Part shown: piece after piece, positions 1 to 8,896 of the stretch
How positions within the stretch are numbered: the stretch's first letter is position 1
How the letters are laid out: each line of letters begins with the position of its first letter
DNA from: a virus
Lineage: Duplodnaviria > Caudoviricetes
Length of the DNA stretch: 64,000 nucleotides
Strand: one strand, 5' to 3'
Virus record (IMG/VR): IMGVR_UViG_3300042892_000699
The notes under the pieces: generated by a model
Told to the model about the DNA's origin: nothing
Seen by the model: the letters and a program-made list of their open reading frames with translations, nothing else
The model's database searches: none
Program-made: the position numbers and the translations under genes

Positions 1-2991
1 GTTTTTAACTTGATCGAGAGACTTACTGGATAGATTTGGACTCAGTCCAGATAATGCAGATGCGCTCAATCCCAGTGCTGCGCCCAGGGCCGCAGGATCA
101 GCAGGTGTTCCGGATAATGATTTTACCTTGTCTCCTATGCCAGACGCATATTCTCCAGCTTTCTTTCCTAGTCCAACTACGGTGTCTACTGCATTTGTTC
201 CTAGAGATTTTAATGTACCTAAAGAATCTGAAATACTGCCAACTGGAAGTGCAGCTGAATTAATGGTATTCCCATATTGTATATCTTGAGCAGTCGGATC
301 AACGGGTAAAGAAGATACTTTAGGAATAGAAACTGTTGCTCCTTCTCCTATACCAGAACCTTGATTTGATTTTTTTAATAACGAAGCAATTGCAGTTCCT
401 GCGGCTGCTCCTGCTAGAACCCCTACAGCACGTTTAATAGGAACATTACCAGTTACCACATTTGCAGCAACCGCTAACATAGCAGCCGTTCCTAAATTAT
501 TTTGACCCAGTGCAGTTAATCCAGATGAATTTAATCTAACATTTGACAACATATCTGTAGGCAATGGACTTCCTATAATAGAATTTCCTCTGCTAACTAA
601 GCCCATTGTTTGATTTAACAAGTTAGGTGAAGCTCCACTAAGTCCGCCTGGTGAATTTGTAAAGTTGCTTGGCTGGTTAGGTAATCCCGGAGAAGGAATT
701 CCCCTGTCTAGTTGTTCATACAAATTCGTATCTAGTCGTTGAGAAGGCGACCTTGCAGTCGAAGTATCTTCTTTAACTCCGTCTTCTGGATCAGGTGTTG
801 ATGTTAGATACACTGAAGGATCAGTTGCCTTCACGCTGTAATCTAAAACTTGCCCAGGAACTCTAATTACGTTTAATCTCTGTTTAAATGCACCTTCTTT
901 AAAAGTATGAGTAGCTTGAGTTACCATGTATACTCCGCTGAACGGAATTCTATTTGCATCAAAAAACATCATACCGCCTTGTTCAAAAGGCATTATGTCA
1001 ATAGGATTTCTAAAGTTGATAGTAATCATCAACTGTCCCTGATTAAACGCTGCTTCTCCACCCTTTAACGAACCGTTGCCTACAGGAGCAGGATTGTAAC
1101 TACCCATGCCTCCTGTAACAAGATAGAACGGATCTCCTAGAATTTCTAATTCTCCGGTTAACATACTAGCCTGACTGTTTACCACGGCGTTGTGCATGTT
1201 TCTTGCTAATATACTATAAGGATCATCTAATGGCTGACTAGCATTGCCTCCGTAAGATTGTAACTGTGTAGTGACAACTTTTTTAGGATGCATCGGAACT
1301 TGAAGTTTTGAAGCATCTTCATTGCTAGGACTAGCCTGACTGGTTTTTACATTATTGTCATTGCCGGCTGCTGTTTTTGCTTCAACTGAATCTTTATTTC
1401 CCATTGCTGCTGGAACAGCTTCAAAAAATAACGTATTAAAATTCAACTTAAATGATATAACATCTACATTTTGTCCTGTGTAGATATAGTTGTATTCTCG
1501 ACGGCTTAATTTTTTTAATTCCTTTTCTTCAATAAAGTTATCAGATAAGTTTGGAATCTTTGTATAATGAACTTTATAAGGAGCAACAATATAATTAATT
1601 TTTTGAACAGGTTTCTTTGTTTCAGTGTTTATTACATCTGTATTTTCTACTTCGATACGTACTGTAAAATATTCAATCATTCCGTACGAATCAATATGTT
1701 TTTTGATATCTTTTAAGATATTTCTAGTATATTCACTGTCTCGTATAACTGCGGTAATAACTTCGTGAATGTTCATTCCTTCTCCAAACTGAACAACGGT
1801 CTTAGAAGGATTGTATTTTATACTTTCAGGTTTTTTAGCCTGCTCTTGTGCTGTGGGCTGTTTGCTACCATTAGTTTTATACGCATTTGGTTTATCAGTA
1901 GAGCTAGGATCTGTTAGACCATATAACGCATTGTCTTTCATTAGTTCTACTAATTTTTCTTTAGAGATCTTATTGTCAGTATCGTATGCCCAGCCTTTGA
2001 CTTCGTCCCATACTGGAAATTTAATTGAATAAAAATCAACTTGAGTTGCATTTCCATCTTTACGAGAATCTTTATGTTCTTTCAATGTCTGATCATTGAT
2101 ACTTTTCATGAAGTTTTCAAGAATTTCTTTTACAGTCTGACCTTCCATCTTAATGGGTTTTTTAACTGTGTTAGGTTGGCCAAATGCTCGTTCATTGTAC
2201 GGAACTGCGTCAACTCTATAGCGTGTTCCTTTTTCAGAAACATCCACTTCAATGTTGGTAAGACCTATGGGGAAATATCTTTCAGCGTTAGGAATTTTAA
2301 TCGGATCTTTGAATTCATCAGTATCGTCATCTGGGTATCCCCAAAATTCAATTTTTAAAACAAACGATGCTTGTAGATAGCTAGGATATCCTGCCGCCAG
2401 AGCTGCAACATATAGAGCTTCAATAAACCCATTCATGCTATATGGCTCAACAACATCAAATTTTATTTTAGTAGGTAGACTTAGATTAGATTCTTTACTA
2501 AACGACATTACTGATTCTATTTCTACATTGTCCATAAAGAAATCAAATCGTCCTGGACTTTCAGAATTAAATTTATCTAAGAATTCAGCTGCATAATTTC
2601 TATTAACATATCCGCTGCCTCTTCCTCCGCCAGCAGTAGTACTAGGTGTTGTTATACCCGAAGTTAAAAAAGAAGAAGTTAATGCAATGCCGTCTGTTCC
2701 TTTACCGCCAGATTTTAAAATTACAAGATCTAATTCACTTTCTCTAAGTTTTTTAGGATCTTTAAGATATTCTTTGTTTAAACCTGCAAGAGTAAAGTTA
2801 TAGGTTACAGACCTAAATCCATTCAATACATTTTTTTCGCCAGTTTGTTCTACAAGCTGAGAGGCTTCTTTTTGAAACTTAGACTCACCTGTGTCAGATT
2901 TGTTTTCTTTTTTGTTTGTTTTATTTTCTACCTCAGGAGAAGACCCGCTACCTGTTGCAACCATAATATCGTAACCAGAAAACTCTCCCAT
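1..2991 (-). CDS. Baseplate hub-like protein (gp27/VgrG-like); 3' end runs off the left edge
   Basis: Not in the ORF track because no stop falls in the window. I translated both ends and internal stretches of this frame: ATG at 2991 (MGEFSGYDIMVATGSG...), directly after the stop of 2993..3289, and the segments read are open, including the stretch reaching position 1. It contains hub-like segments 'FDFFMDNVEIESVMSF', 'ELEILGDPFYL' and 'FSGVYMVTQATHTFKEGAFKQRL', and follows a gp53-like gene. Confidence 0.65.
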   Translation of the reverse strand, partial: MGEFSGYDIMVATGSGSSPEVENKTNKKENKSDTGESKFQKEASQLVEQTGEKNVLNGFRSVTYNFTLAGLNKEYLKDPKKLRESELDLVILKSGGKGTDGIALTSSFLTSGITTPSTTAGGGRGSGYVNRNYAAEFLDKFNSESPGRFDFFMDNVEIESVMSFSKESNLSLPTKIKFDVVEPYSMNGFIEALYVAALAAGYPSYLQASFVLKIEFWGYPDDDTDEFKDPIKIPNAERYFPIGLTNIEVDVSEKGTRYRVDAVPYNERAFGQPNTVKKPIKMEGQTVKEILENFMKSINDQTLKEHKDSRKDGNATQVDFYSIKFPVWDEVKGWAYDTDNKISKEKLVELMKDNALYGLTDPSSTDKPNAYKTNGSKQPTAQEQAKKPESIKYNPSKTVVQFGEGMNIHEVITAVIRDSEYTRNILKDIKKHIDSYGMIEYFTVRIEVENTDVINTETKKPVQKINYIVAPYKVHYTKIPNLSDNFIEEKELKKLSRREYNYIYTGQNVDVISFKLNFNTLFFEAVPAAMGNKDSVEAKTAAGNDNNVKTSQASPSNEDASKLQVPMHPKKVVTTQLQSYGGNASQPLDDPYSILARNMHNAVVNSQASMLTGELEILGDPFYLVTGGMGSYNPAPVGNGSLKGGEAAFNQGQLMITINFRNPIDIMPFEQGGMMFFDANRIPFSGVYMVTQATHTFKEGAFKQRLNVIRVPGQVLDYSVKATDPSVYLTSTPDPEDGVKEDTSTARSPSQRLDTNLYEQLDRGIPSPGLPNQPSNFTNSPGGLSGASPNLLNQTMGLVSRGNSIIGSPLPTDMLSNVRLNSSGLTALGQNNLGTAAMLAVAANVVTGNVPIKRAVGVLAGAAAGTAIASLLKKSNQGSGIGEGATVSIPKVSSLPVDPTAQDIQYGNTINSAALPVGSISDSLGTLKSLGTNAVDTVVGLGKKAGEYASGIGDKVKSLSGTPADPAALGAALGLSASALSGLSPNLSSKSLDQVKN

Positions 2992-2992
2992 A

Positions 2993-3289
2993 TTATATTC
3001 CTAATACTTTTTTAATAGTAGTCATTTTAGGAAGATAGATTTTTGTTCCGGCTTTCATATCATATATTGGATCTTTTAATTTATTTTTGTTTCTAATTGA
3101 AAATACCCACCACAATCTAGCGTCCTGGTAAAGATCATATGCAAGTAGGTCAGGACGATTCTCATATGTATTTGTAATTTCAAAAAGAATGTCGTCTTTT
3201 TCATTAGGAAGATCCCTGAGACTCATAACATCCAAGTAACCGTTTACAATCTCAGTTCTAAAATATGGACTTTCTTTACTATACGCCAT
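2993..3289 (-). CDS. gp53: Baseplate wedge protein, gp53-like (LysM-like 'RPDLLAYDLYQDARLWWVF')
   Basis: The motif YENRPDLLAYDLY...LWWVF...N...DPIYD...G..I.LP is typical of T4 gp53/tail-X LysM-like proteins; baseplate context. Confidence 0.7.
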   Translation of the reverse strand: MAYSKESPYFRTEIVNGYLDVMSLRDLPNEKDDILFEITNTYENRPDLLAYDLYQDARLWWVFSIRNKNKLKDPIYDMKAGTKIYLPKMTTIKKVLGI

Positions 3290-4113
3290 TATAGATATCC
3301 TCGTTTATTAAAGCCATTGTTATTACTTAGATAATCAGTGACATTAAATCGTTGCATTTCGTTTCTGCTGTACATAGGCAAGCATGTTATGCTTATAGTT
3401 GACATAATAGGAACCGAAGTTGTTCCATATACACTATTTTCAGGCATAGTAAAATAGTCAACCGTATCAGGAAGCTCTACTCTAAAATTAGTAATTGCTA
3501 CAGGAACATTATTAAACATCCATTCTCCATGAGCAAACAATCTACATACCGGTGGCGGAGCTCCGCTATCAAAGTCTCCGGACCTTGCTCCCCCAGATCT
3601 CATTTTAGTCAATGCCTTTAATAAATGAACTGTTGCAATATACATTGCCGCATCATCAGAATTTGAAACAGAAAACTTTCCTGCAATAGAGATACTTCCT
3701 ATTGACGACTTTTGATAAAAATTTATAGGAAAATTAGCATGAAGTGGTGTTTGAGAAGTGTATTCTGCTTTGTACTCTACATTAATTGAAGGTGTGTAGG
3801 GGAAAATTATACCGTGTAAGTTTGAAACGCCCATCTCATTATTAAGACCTATAGTCTTATTAGTAAGATAGATCGGGGGAACTTTAATTCTAACTCTTAG
3901 ATCTTTTCCTAATTTGTTACCATTAACATCTACTATATTAGTTATAACTTTAGGATCAGCAGGTTTGATAGCTCCCGGGGACACTCTGGAAACTATTCGT
4001 TTGCCGAAGCCAGCAGACAATGAACCAAACTGATCGGTGGCGGACAATGAACCAAACTGATCGGTGGCGGCTTGTTGGGTATTTCCTATAATTGATGGAA
4101 GGTTAAATGACAT
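3289..4113 (-). CDS. Baseplate/tail-tube initiator-like protein (gp48/gp54-like)
   Basis: Tube-fold-like motifs 'GIIFPYTPSINVEY', 'PPPVCRLFAHGEWMFNNVPVAITNF' and 'VPIMSTISITCLP'; AGGA SD upstream; first gene of the baseplate operon. Confidence 0.55.
   Translation of the reverse strand: MSFNLPSIIGNTQQAATDQFGSLSATDQFGSLSAGFGKRIVSRVSPGAIKPADPKVITNIVDVNGNKLGKDLRVRIKVPPIYLTNKTIGLNNEMGVSNLHGIIFPYTPSINVEYKAEYTSQTPLHANFPINFYQKSSIGSISIAGKFSVSNSDDAAMYIATVHLLKALTKMRSGGARSGDFDSGAPPPVCRLFAHGEWMFNNVPVAITNFRVELPDTVDYFTMPENSVYGTTSVPIMSTISITCLPMYSRNEMQRFNVTDYLSNNNGFNKRGYL
4016..4069. repeat. Exact 27-bp tandem duplication (2 copies; ATDQFGSLS x2) in the 5' part of 3289..4113
   Basis: gacaatgaaccaaactgatcggtggcg at 4016-4042 and 4043-4069. 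Confidence 0.95.
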
Positions 4114-4134
4114 TTGTATTTTTCCTATGTATGG

Positions 4135-4150
4135 TATTTACCAATAAATA
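4135..4150. promoter_or_regulatory. Back-to-back late-promoter-like TAAATA motifs (minus 4135-4141, plus 4144-4150)
   Basis: The sequence tattta-cca-ataaata lies in the 4114-4222 gap between divergent operons and resembles the T4 late promoter TATAAATA. Confidence 0.5.
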
Positions 4151-4167
4151 AAACACTCTTATAATGG

Positions 4168-4197
4168 TTGACATTGCCGTTTCGTACCTGCTACAAT
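4168..4197 (+). promoter_or_regulatory. Sigma70-type promoter for gp55-47-46
   Basis: TTGACA (4168-4173), 18-nt spacer, TACAAT (4192-4197), then AAGGA (4206-4210) and ATG at 4223. Confidence 0.7.
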
Positions 4198-4222
4198 GTC
4201 TTATCAAGGATTCATAAAAATA

Positions 4223-5137
4223 ATGACAACAACATTGACCCCTAACGGAAAAAAGGTAAAATACTTAAACAACAGAGACTTATTATCAGAAATACATAGA
4301 AGTAAGTGTTCGTTTTCAAGTTTTACCAAAAAAGAATACAGTCAACACGATATAATTCTATCAAATTTAGATAAAATTAACATACGGACTGTTGCAGATG
4401 CAAAGAGGAATAAGGCAAAGCGAATGGGACTAGAAGCATTTACGGCTGCTCGTCTATCAGGTGATAAAAAAATTAAACTAGCAGAGTGTACTCCAGACTA
4501 CACAACTATTGCTAAAACTGATTTAGTGTTTCGAATTATGACATTTGAACACATTCCCCTAGCACCGGGCCGCAAGAAGACTACTAAAACAACTGCGGAC
4601 AGTCATGATAAAGTAAATTTTCCGCCATTTCAGCATTGGAAATTTAATGATGGCGGCGAATTAGAATGTGTGGGCAAAAGTCATTGGAAAGGTCCATTAG
4701 ACACTGGTAGGTTTAGCAAAGATCACGGACGCATAACTGAAAACTTAGGCAAGATGTTTATCAAACTGAGTGAACGTTATGCTCAAAGATCTAATTGGCG
4801 TGGTTATACCTATGTTGAAGAAATGCGTGGACAAGCTATTTTACAATTAAGTCAAATTGGTCTACAGTTTGATGAAAGTAAATCAGAAAACCCATTCGCT
4901 TATTATACAGCCGCAGTGACCAACAGCTTTACTCGAGTGCTTAATATTGAAAAGAAAAACCAAAATATCCGTGATGACATGTTAGAATCGCACGGATTGA
5001 CTCCTAGTTTAACTAGACAAAATCAACAGGTGTACGCAGAAGAAACTGCTCGTCAGGCTGAATTGTATAAAAACTTTCGTATGCCAAAGAGTGAGGAAGA
5101 TCCTATTGAAGGTGAATCTGAAGAAACTGATGTTTGA
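4223..5137 (+). CDS. gp55: Late-transcription sigma factor, gp55-like (with long insertion)
   Basis: N-terminal 'KYLNNRDLL' and core 'LGKMFIKLSERYAQRSNWRGYTYVEEM...FDESKSENPFAYYTAAVTNSFTRVLNIEKKNQ' match gp55 motifs; sits upstream of gp47/gp46 as in T4. Start moved from 4196 to 4223 (SD present, and 4196 lies inside the -10 box). Confidence 0.85.
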   Translation: MTTTLTPNGKKVKYLNNRDLLSEIHRSKCSFSSFTKKEYSQHDIILSNLDKINIRTVADAKRNKAKRMGLEAFTAARLSGDKKIKLAECTPDYTTIAKTDLVFRIMTFEHIPLAPGRKKTTKTTADSHDKVNFPPFQHWKFNDGGELECVGKSHWKGPLDTGRFSKDHGRITENLGKMFIKLSERYAQRSNWRGYTYVEEMRGQAILQLSQIGLQFDESKSENPFAYYTAAVTNSFTRVLNIEKKNQNIRDDMLESHGLTPSLTRQNQQVYAEETARQAELYKNFRMPKSEEDPIEGESEETDV

Positions 5138-5162
5138 CTTTGCTTGAACAAATCTATACACT
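5134..5162 (+). promoter_or_regulatory. Sigma70-type promoter for gp47
   Basis: TTGACT (5134-5139), 17-nt spacer, TACACT (5157-5162); AGGAGA SD before ATG at 5184. Confidence 0.6.
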
Positions 5163-5183
5163 GTTAGATAGGAGAACAACAAT

Positions 5184-6197
5184 ATGAACCTTTTTAAAAA
5201 AGTAGCCTGTTTTACTGACATACATTTTGGACTCAAGTCTAACAGTAGTACTCATTTACGAGATTGTGAAGAATTTGTAGATTGGTATATCGAAAACGCT
5301 AAAAAAGAAGGGTGCGATACTGGAATCTTTTTAGGAGACTGGTCACATAATCGAAATAGTCTCAACTTGATCACGCTGGATACCAGTATCCGATGCTTGG
5401 AAAAACTAGGAGCTGCTTTTGAGCAGTTCTTCTGGTTTCCGGGCAATCACGATTTGTTTTACAAAGATAAAAGAGATATCCATAGTAGTGCATTTGGAAA
5501 ACACATTCCCGGAATGACCGTAATCGACGGCGTAACAACTATCGGCGATGTTACACTTGTGCCGTGGTTGGTAGGTGAAGAGTGGAAAACTATCAGTCAA
5601 GTTAAGAGCAAATACATGTTCGGACACTTTGAATTGCCCTTATTCTATATGAATGCTATGGTACAGATGCCTGATCATGGTGAATTGCAAGCTAGTCACT
5701 TCAAACATCAAGACTATGTGTTCAGCGGACACTTCCATAAGCGTCAACAGCGTGATAAAATTGTCTACATTGGTAATGCTTTTCCACATAACTTTGCAGA
5801 TACAGGCGATGATGCCCGAGGTATGATGGTTATGGATTGGGGTGGGGAACCTAAATTCATCGACTGGCCTAACTGTCCTAAGTATCGTCATGTTAAACTA
5901 AGCGACTTAATTGACAAGAAGGACGATATCATGAAGGGCAAGATGCACCTTAAAGTCAGTCTTGACATCGATATCAGTTACGAAGAAGCAAACTTTATCA
6001 AAGAAACCTTTACTCAAGAGTATGACATCAGAGAAATCAGTCTTATTCAAGATAAAATTAACTTAGAAGGCAACATTGATGACAATCCGGACACTAAATT
6101 TGAAAGTGTGGACCAGATTGTATCAGAACAACTAGTTAATATTGAATCTGACCAATTCGATAAGGCAGTTTTACTAGACATTTATAATAATCTATGA
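5184..6197 (+). CDS. gp47: Recombination nuclease, Mre11/SbcD-like metallophosphoesterase
   Basis: Motifs 'FTDIHFG', 'FLGDW', 'PGNHD', 'GHFE' and 'SGHFH'; adjacent to an SMC-like ATPase. Confidence 0.92.
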   Translation: MNLFKKVACFTDIHFGLKSNSSTHLRDCEEFVDWYIENAKKEGCDTGIFLGDWSHNRNSLNLITLDTSIRCLEKLGAAFEQFFWFPGNHDLFYKDKRDIHSSAFGKHIPGMTVIDGVTTIGDVTLVPWLVGEEWKTISQVKSKYMFGHFELPLFYMNAMVQMPDHGELQASHFKHQDYVFSGHFHKRQQRDKIVYIGNAFPHNFADTGDDARGMMVMDWGGEPKFIDWPNCPKYRHVKLSDLIDKKDDIMKGKMHLKVSLDIDISYEEANFIKETFTQEYDIREISLIQDKINLEGNIDDNPDTKFESVDQIVSEQLVNIESDQFDKAVLLDIYNNL

Positions 6198-7972
6198 GTT
6201 TTAAAATCCGTAATATCACCGTGAAAAATTTTCTATCAGTAGGAAATCAAACACAAGCCGTTGACTTTGACAAAGAACTTTTAACTTTAGTGCTGGGCTC
6301 TAATCACGATCTAGGTGGGGACGACACAGGATCTCGTAACGGCACAGGCAAGACCACCATTGTCAATGCATTGTCGTATGCATTATACGGTCAAGCACTG
6401 ACCAACATCAAAAAAGAAAACCTGATCAACAAGACCAACGGCAAAGGCATGTTAGTTACTGTTGAGTTTGAAAAATCTAGTGTTAAGTATCGTATTGAGC
6501 GGGGCCGTAAGCCCAATGTACTGAAATTGTTCGTTAATGATCAAGAATTAAAGAGCAAAGACGAAGATGAAGCACAAGGTGACAGCCGTGAAACACAGAA
6601 AAGCATTGAACAGATGTTGGCAATGTCCCACACTATGTTCAAACACCTAGTTGCACTCAACACCTACACAGAACCCTTCTTGAGTATGAAGGCTGCTGAA
6701 CAACGAGAAGTAATTGAACAGTTGTTGGGCATTACTCAACTGAGTGAAAAGGCAGAAGCACTAAAGCTATTGATCAAAGAAACTAAAGACAGCATCACCG
6801 CTGCACAGTTTAAGATTGAAGGTATTAAGAGTGCTAACGAAAATGTTCAAAAGAGCATCAACAGTTTGCAACTCAAGAGCAGTGCTTGGGAATCTAAGAA
6901 AGAAACTGAAATAGAAGGACTAGGTAAAGCCATTGTTAATCTAGAATCAGTTGATATAGATGCAGAACTAGCAGCTCATGTTGCATTAAAAGCATGGGAT
7001 GAAGAGAATGCTCGCATTCGCAGTCTTAACAAACAACGTGCTACTCTAGAGTCAGCAGTGATTCAAGCGGAACGCACACTAAACAGATATACTAAAGAGA
7101 TTAAATTACTCGATGATAAGAAGTGCCCTGCTTGCGAACAGGATCTACATGATCATAAGCATGATGAAATGCTGGCAACCGCTGCTAACAATTTATTAGA
7201 TGCACAAACTTACTTTGATAAAGTAAGTGCTGACTATACCAAAATTGTAGAAGAAATAGGAACTGGTGAGCAACCACATAGACCCAACACCTATTACGAT
7301 ACAGAAGCAGAAGCACTAGGTCATAAAAACAATCTTGCCAGTTTAGAGCGCACATTAACACAGAAGATCGACGAAGCTAATCCTTATGAAGAGCAAATCG
7401 AAGATCTAAAGAACACTGCGATTCAAGAAATCAACTGGGATCAAGTGAACGCTCTTGCCAAAGTTAGAGATCATCAAGAATTCCTTTACAAACTGCTGAC
7501 AAACAAGGACAGTTTTGTTCGTAAGAAGATTATCGATCAGAACTTAACCTACTTGAACAAGCGATTGACCTACTATATTGACAAACTAGGACTACCGCAC
7601 AAGGTAGTATTCCTAAATGATCTTACTATTGAGATTACTCAGTTAGGTCAAGACCTAGACTTTGACAACTTATCTAGAGGTGAACGTAATCGTTTAATCC
7701 TGTCCATGAGCTTTGCATTCCGTGATGTATGGGAAGGTCTGTATCAGAATATTAACTTGTTGTTTGTTGACGAGCTTATGGATGCAGGGATGGATGCAGC
7801 AGGTGTCGAAGCAGGTCTTGCGGTTCTAAAAAAGATGGCACGGGAACGCAATAAGAATATATACTTGATAAGTCATAAAGATGAATTAGTAGGTCGTGTA
7901 AACAACGTCCTTAGAGTTATCAAAGAAAATGGATTTACCAGTTACTCAAACGATGTCGACTATGTTGAATGA
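6194..7972 (+). CDS. gp46: Recombination ATPase, Rad50/SbcC-like
   Basis: Walker A 'GSRNGTGKTT', coiled coils, zinc hook 'CPAC', signature 'LSRGE', Walker B 'LLFVDE', H-loop 'ISHK'; ATGA overlap with gp47. Confidence 0.93.
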   Translation: MSFKIRNITVKNFLSVGNQTQAVDFDKELLTLVLGSNHDLGGDDTGSRNGTGKTTIVNALSYALYGQALTNIKKENLINKTNGKGMLVTVEFEKSSVKYRIERGRKPNVLKLFVNDQELKSKDEDEAQGDSRETQKSIEQMLAMSHTMFKHLVALNTYTEPFLSMKAAEQREVIEQLLGITQLSEKAEALKLLIKETKDSITAAQFKIEGIKSANENVQKSINSLQLKSSAWESKKETEIEGLGKAIVNLESVDIDAELAAHVALKAWDEENARIRSLNKQRATLESAVIQAERTLNRYTKEIKLLDDKKCPACEQDLHDHKHDEMLATAANNLLDAQTYFDKVSADYTKIVEEIGTGEQPHRPNTYYDTEAEALGHKNNLASLERTLTQKIDEANPYEEQIEDLKNTAIQEINWDQVNALAKVRDHQEFLYKLLTNKDSFVRKKIIDQNLTYLNKRLTYYIDKLGLPHKVVFLNDLTIEITQLGQDLDFDNLSRGERNRLILSMSFAFRDVWEGLYQNINLLFVDELMDAGMDAAGVEAGLAVLKKMARERNKNIYLISHKDELVGRVNNVLRVIKENGFTSYSNDVDYVE

Positions 7973-8279
7973 AGAGATAAACAAGTATACAGAAATGTAT
8001 TCTCAGCTGATTACTGAATTTGCAGGTCTGCATAACACACATATGTCGTTTGTAAAATACATTGGCAGAGAAACAGGATTTGCCACTAGAAAACACCTAC
8101 ATCAAATATGTGTTATTGCCAACGACATGAGAAGACAGGGTCAAAAGATCCGTAGAGAAAGCATTGCAGCTAAACGAACTGCAATAAAAGAAGCAAAAGC
8201 AGAAAAAGCCAGGCTCAAAGCTATACCAAAAAAGCGTGGGCGCAAAACAAAAGGAAATAAAAATGACAACAATCAATGA
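7962..8279 (+). CDS. Small basic helical protein, possible divergent Hc1-like paralogue
   Basis: Lys/Arg-rich C-terminus ('KAEKARLKAIPKKRGRKTK'). 'GRETGFATRKHL' loosely parallels 'GNSAAGTRSRKAL' of the next gene. Start at 7962 or 7929 is uncertain. Confidence 0.5.
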   Translation: MLNEEINKYTEMYSQLITEFAGLHNTHMSFVKYIGRETGFATRKHLHQICVIANDMRRQGQKIRRESIAAKRTAIKEAKAEKARLKAIPKKRGRKTKGNKNDNNQ

Positions 8280-8460
8280 ACAATTACAAGCACAGTTTGC
8301 AGAATTTCTAGCAGAGGATGCAAAATTTACAGGCGGCAATAGTGCAGCCGGAACTCGCAGTCGCAAGGCTCTTGGAGAGTTAAGTAAGCTAGTAAAAGCA
8401 AGACGCAATGAAATTACAGCAGAAAAGAACGCTCGCAAAGAAGCTAAGGCAGCAAAATAA
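8263..8460 (+). CDS. Histone H1-like nucleoid protein, Hc1-family-like
   Basis: 'F..GGNSAAGTRSRKALGELSKLVKARR.EI' matches the GNKAA(G/A).R.RK motif of Hc1-like proteins as I recall it; AAGGA SD at 8251-8255 supports the start at 8263. Confidence 0.7.
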   Translation: MTTINEQLQAQFAEFLAEDAKFTGGNSAAGTRSRKALGELSKLVKARRNEITAEKNARKEAKAAK

Positions 8461-8892
8461 TTGAACAACTGGACTTATCAAGGTTCAGTAGTCGAAGAGC
8501 TACCCGAAGACTGTATAGGTTTTGTATATTGCATTACCAATACTGTCTCGGGTCGCAAATATATTGGCAAAAAATTAGCAAAATTTAGTAAAACGACCTA
8601 CAAGACTGTAAAGTTAAAGAACGGCACAAAGAAAAAGAAAAAGATCCGCAGCAAAATTGCTTCGGATTGGCAAGAATATTACGGCTCCAGTGTTGAGCTG
8701 ACAAAAGACATAGACACCTTGGGCAAACAAAACTTCTCCCGCGAAATATTATATTACTGCAAAAGTAAATCAGAAACATCTTACATTGAGGCCCGCGAAC
8801 AATTCGACCGCAAAGTATTAGAATCCGACGAATACTATAACGGACACATACAAGTCCGTGTCCATGGCTCTCACATTAAAACAAAAATTTAA
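8461..8892 (+). CDS. GIY-YIG family endonuclease (T4 endonuclease II-like)
   Basis: 'GFVYCITN...RKYIGKK', 'YYGSS', 'REIL' and conserved 'E..EQF...VL....YYN'. Confidence 0.75.
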   Translation: MNNWTYQGSVVEELPEDCIGFVYCITNTVSGRKYIGKKLAKFSKTTYKTVKLKNGTKKKKKIRSKIASDWQEYYGSSVELTKDIDTLGKQNFSREILYYCKSKSETSYIEAREQFDRKVLESDEYYNGHIQVRVHGSHIKTKI

Positions 8893-8896
8893 AATC

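Noticed and set aside
36-2358. Plus-strand ORFs 36..263, 1811..2032 and 2041..2358
   Set aside because: They are antisense shadows of the long minus-strand hub gene (1..2991), which the track missed.
4196-4222. Track start for gp55 at 4196
   Set aside because: It overlaps the -10 box; ATG 4223 has an SD and fits the promoter.
7678-7692. gp46 ABC signature LSRGE instead of LSGGE as a sign of inactivation
   Set aside because: All other ATPase motifs and the zinc hook are intact; a single substitution is insufficient evidence.
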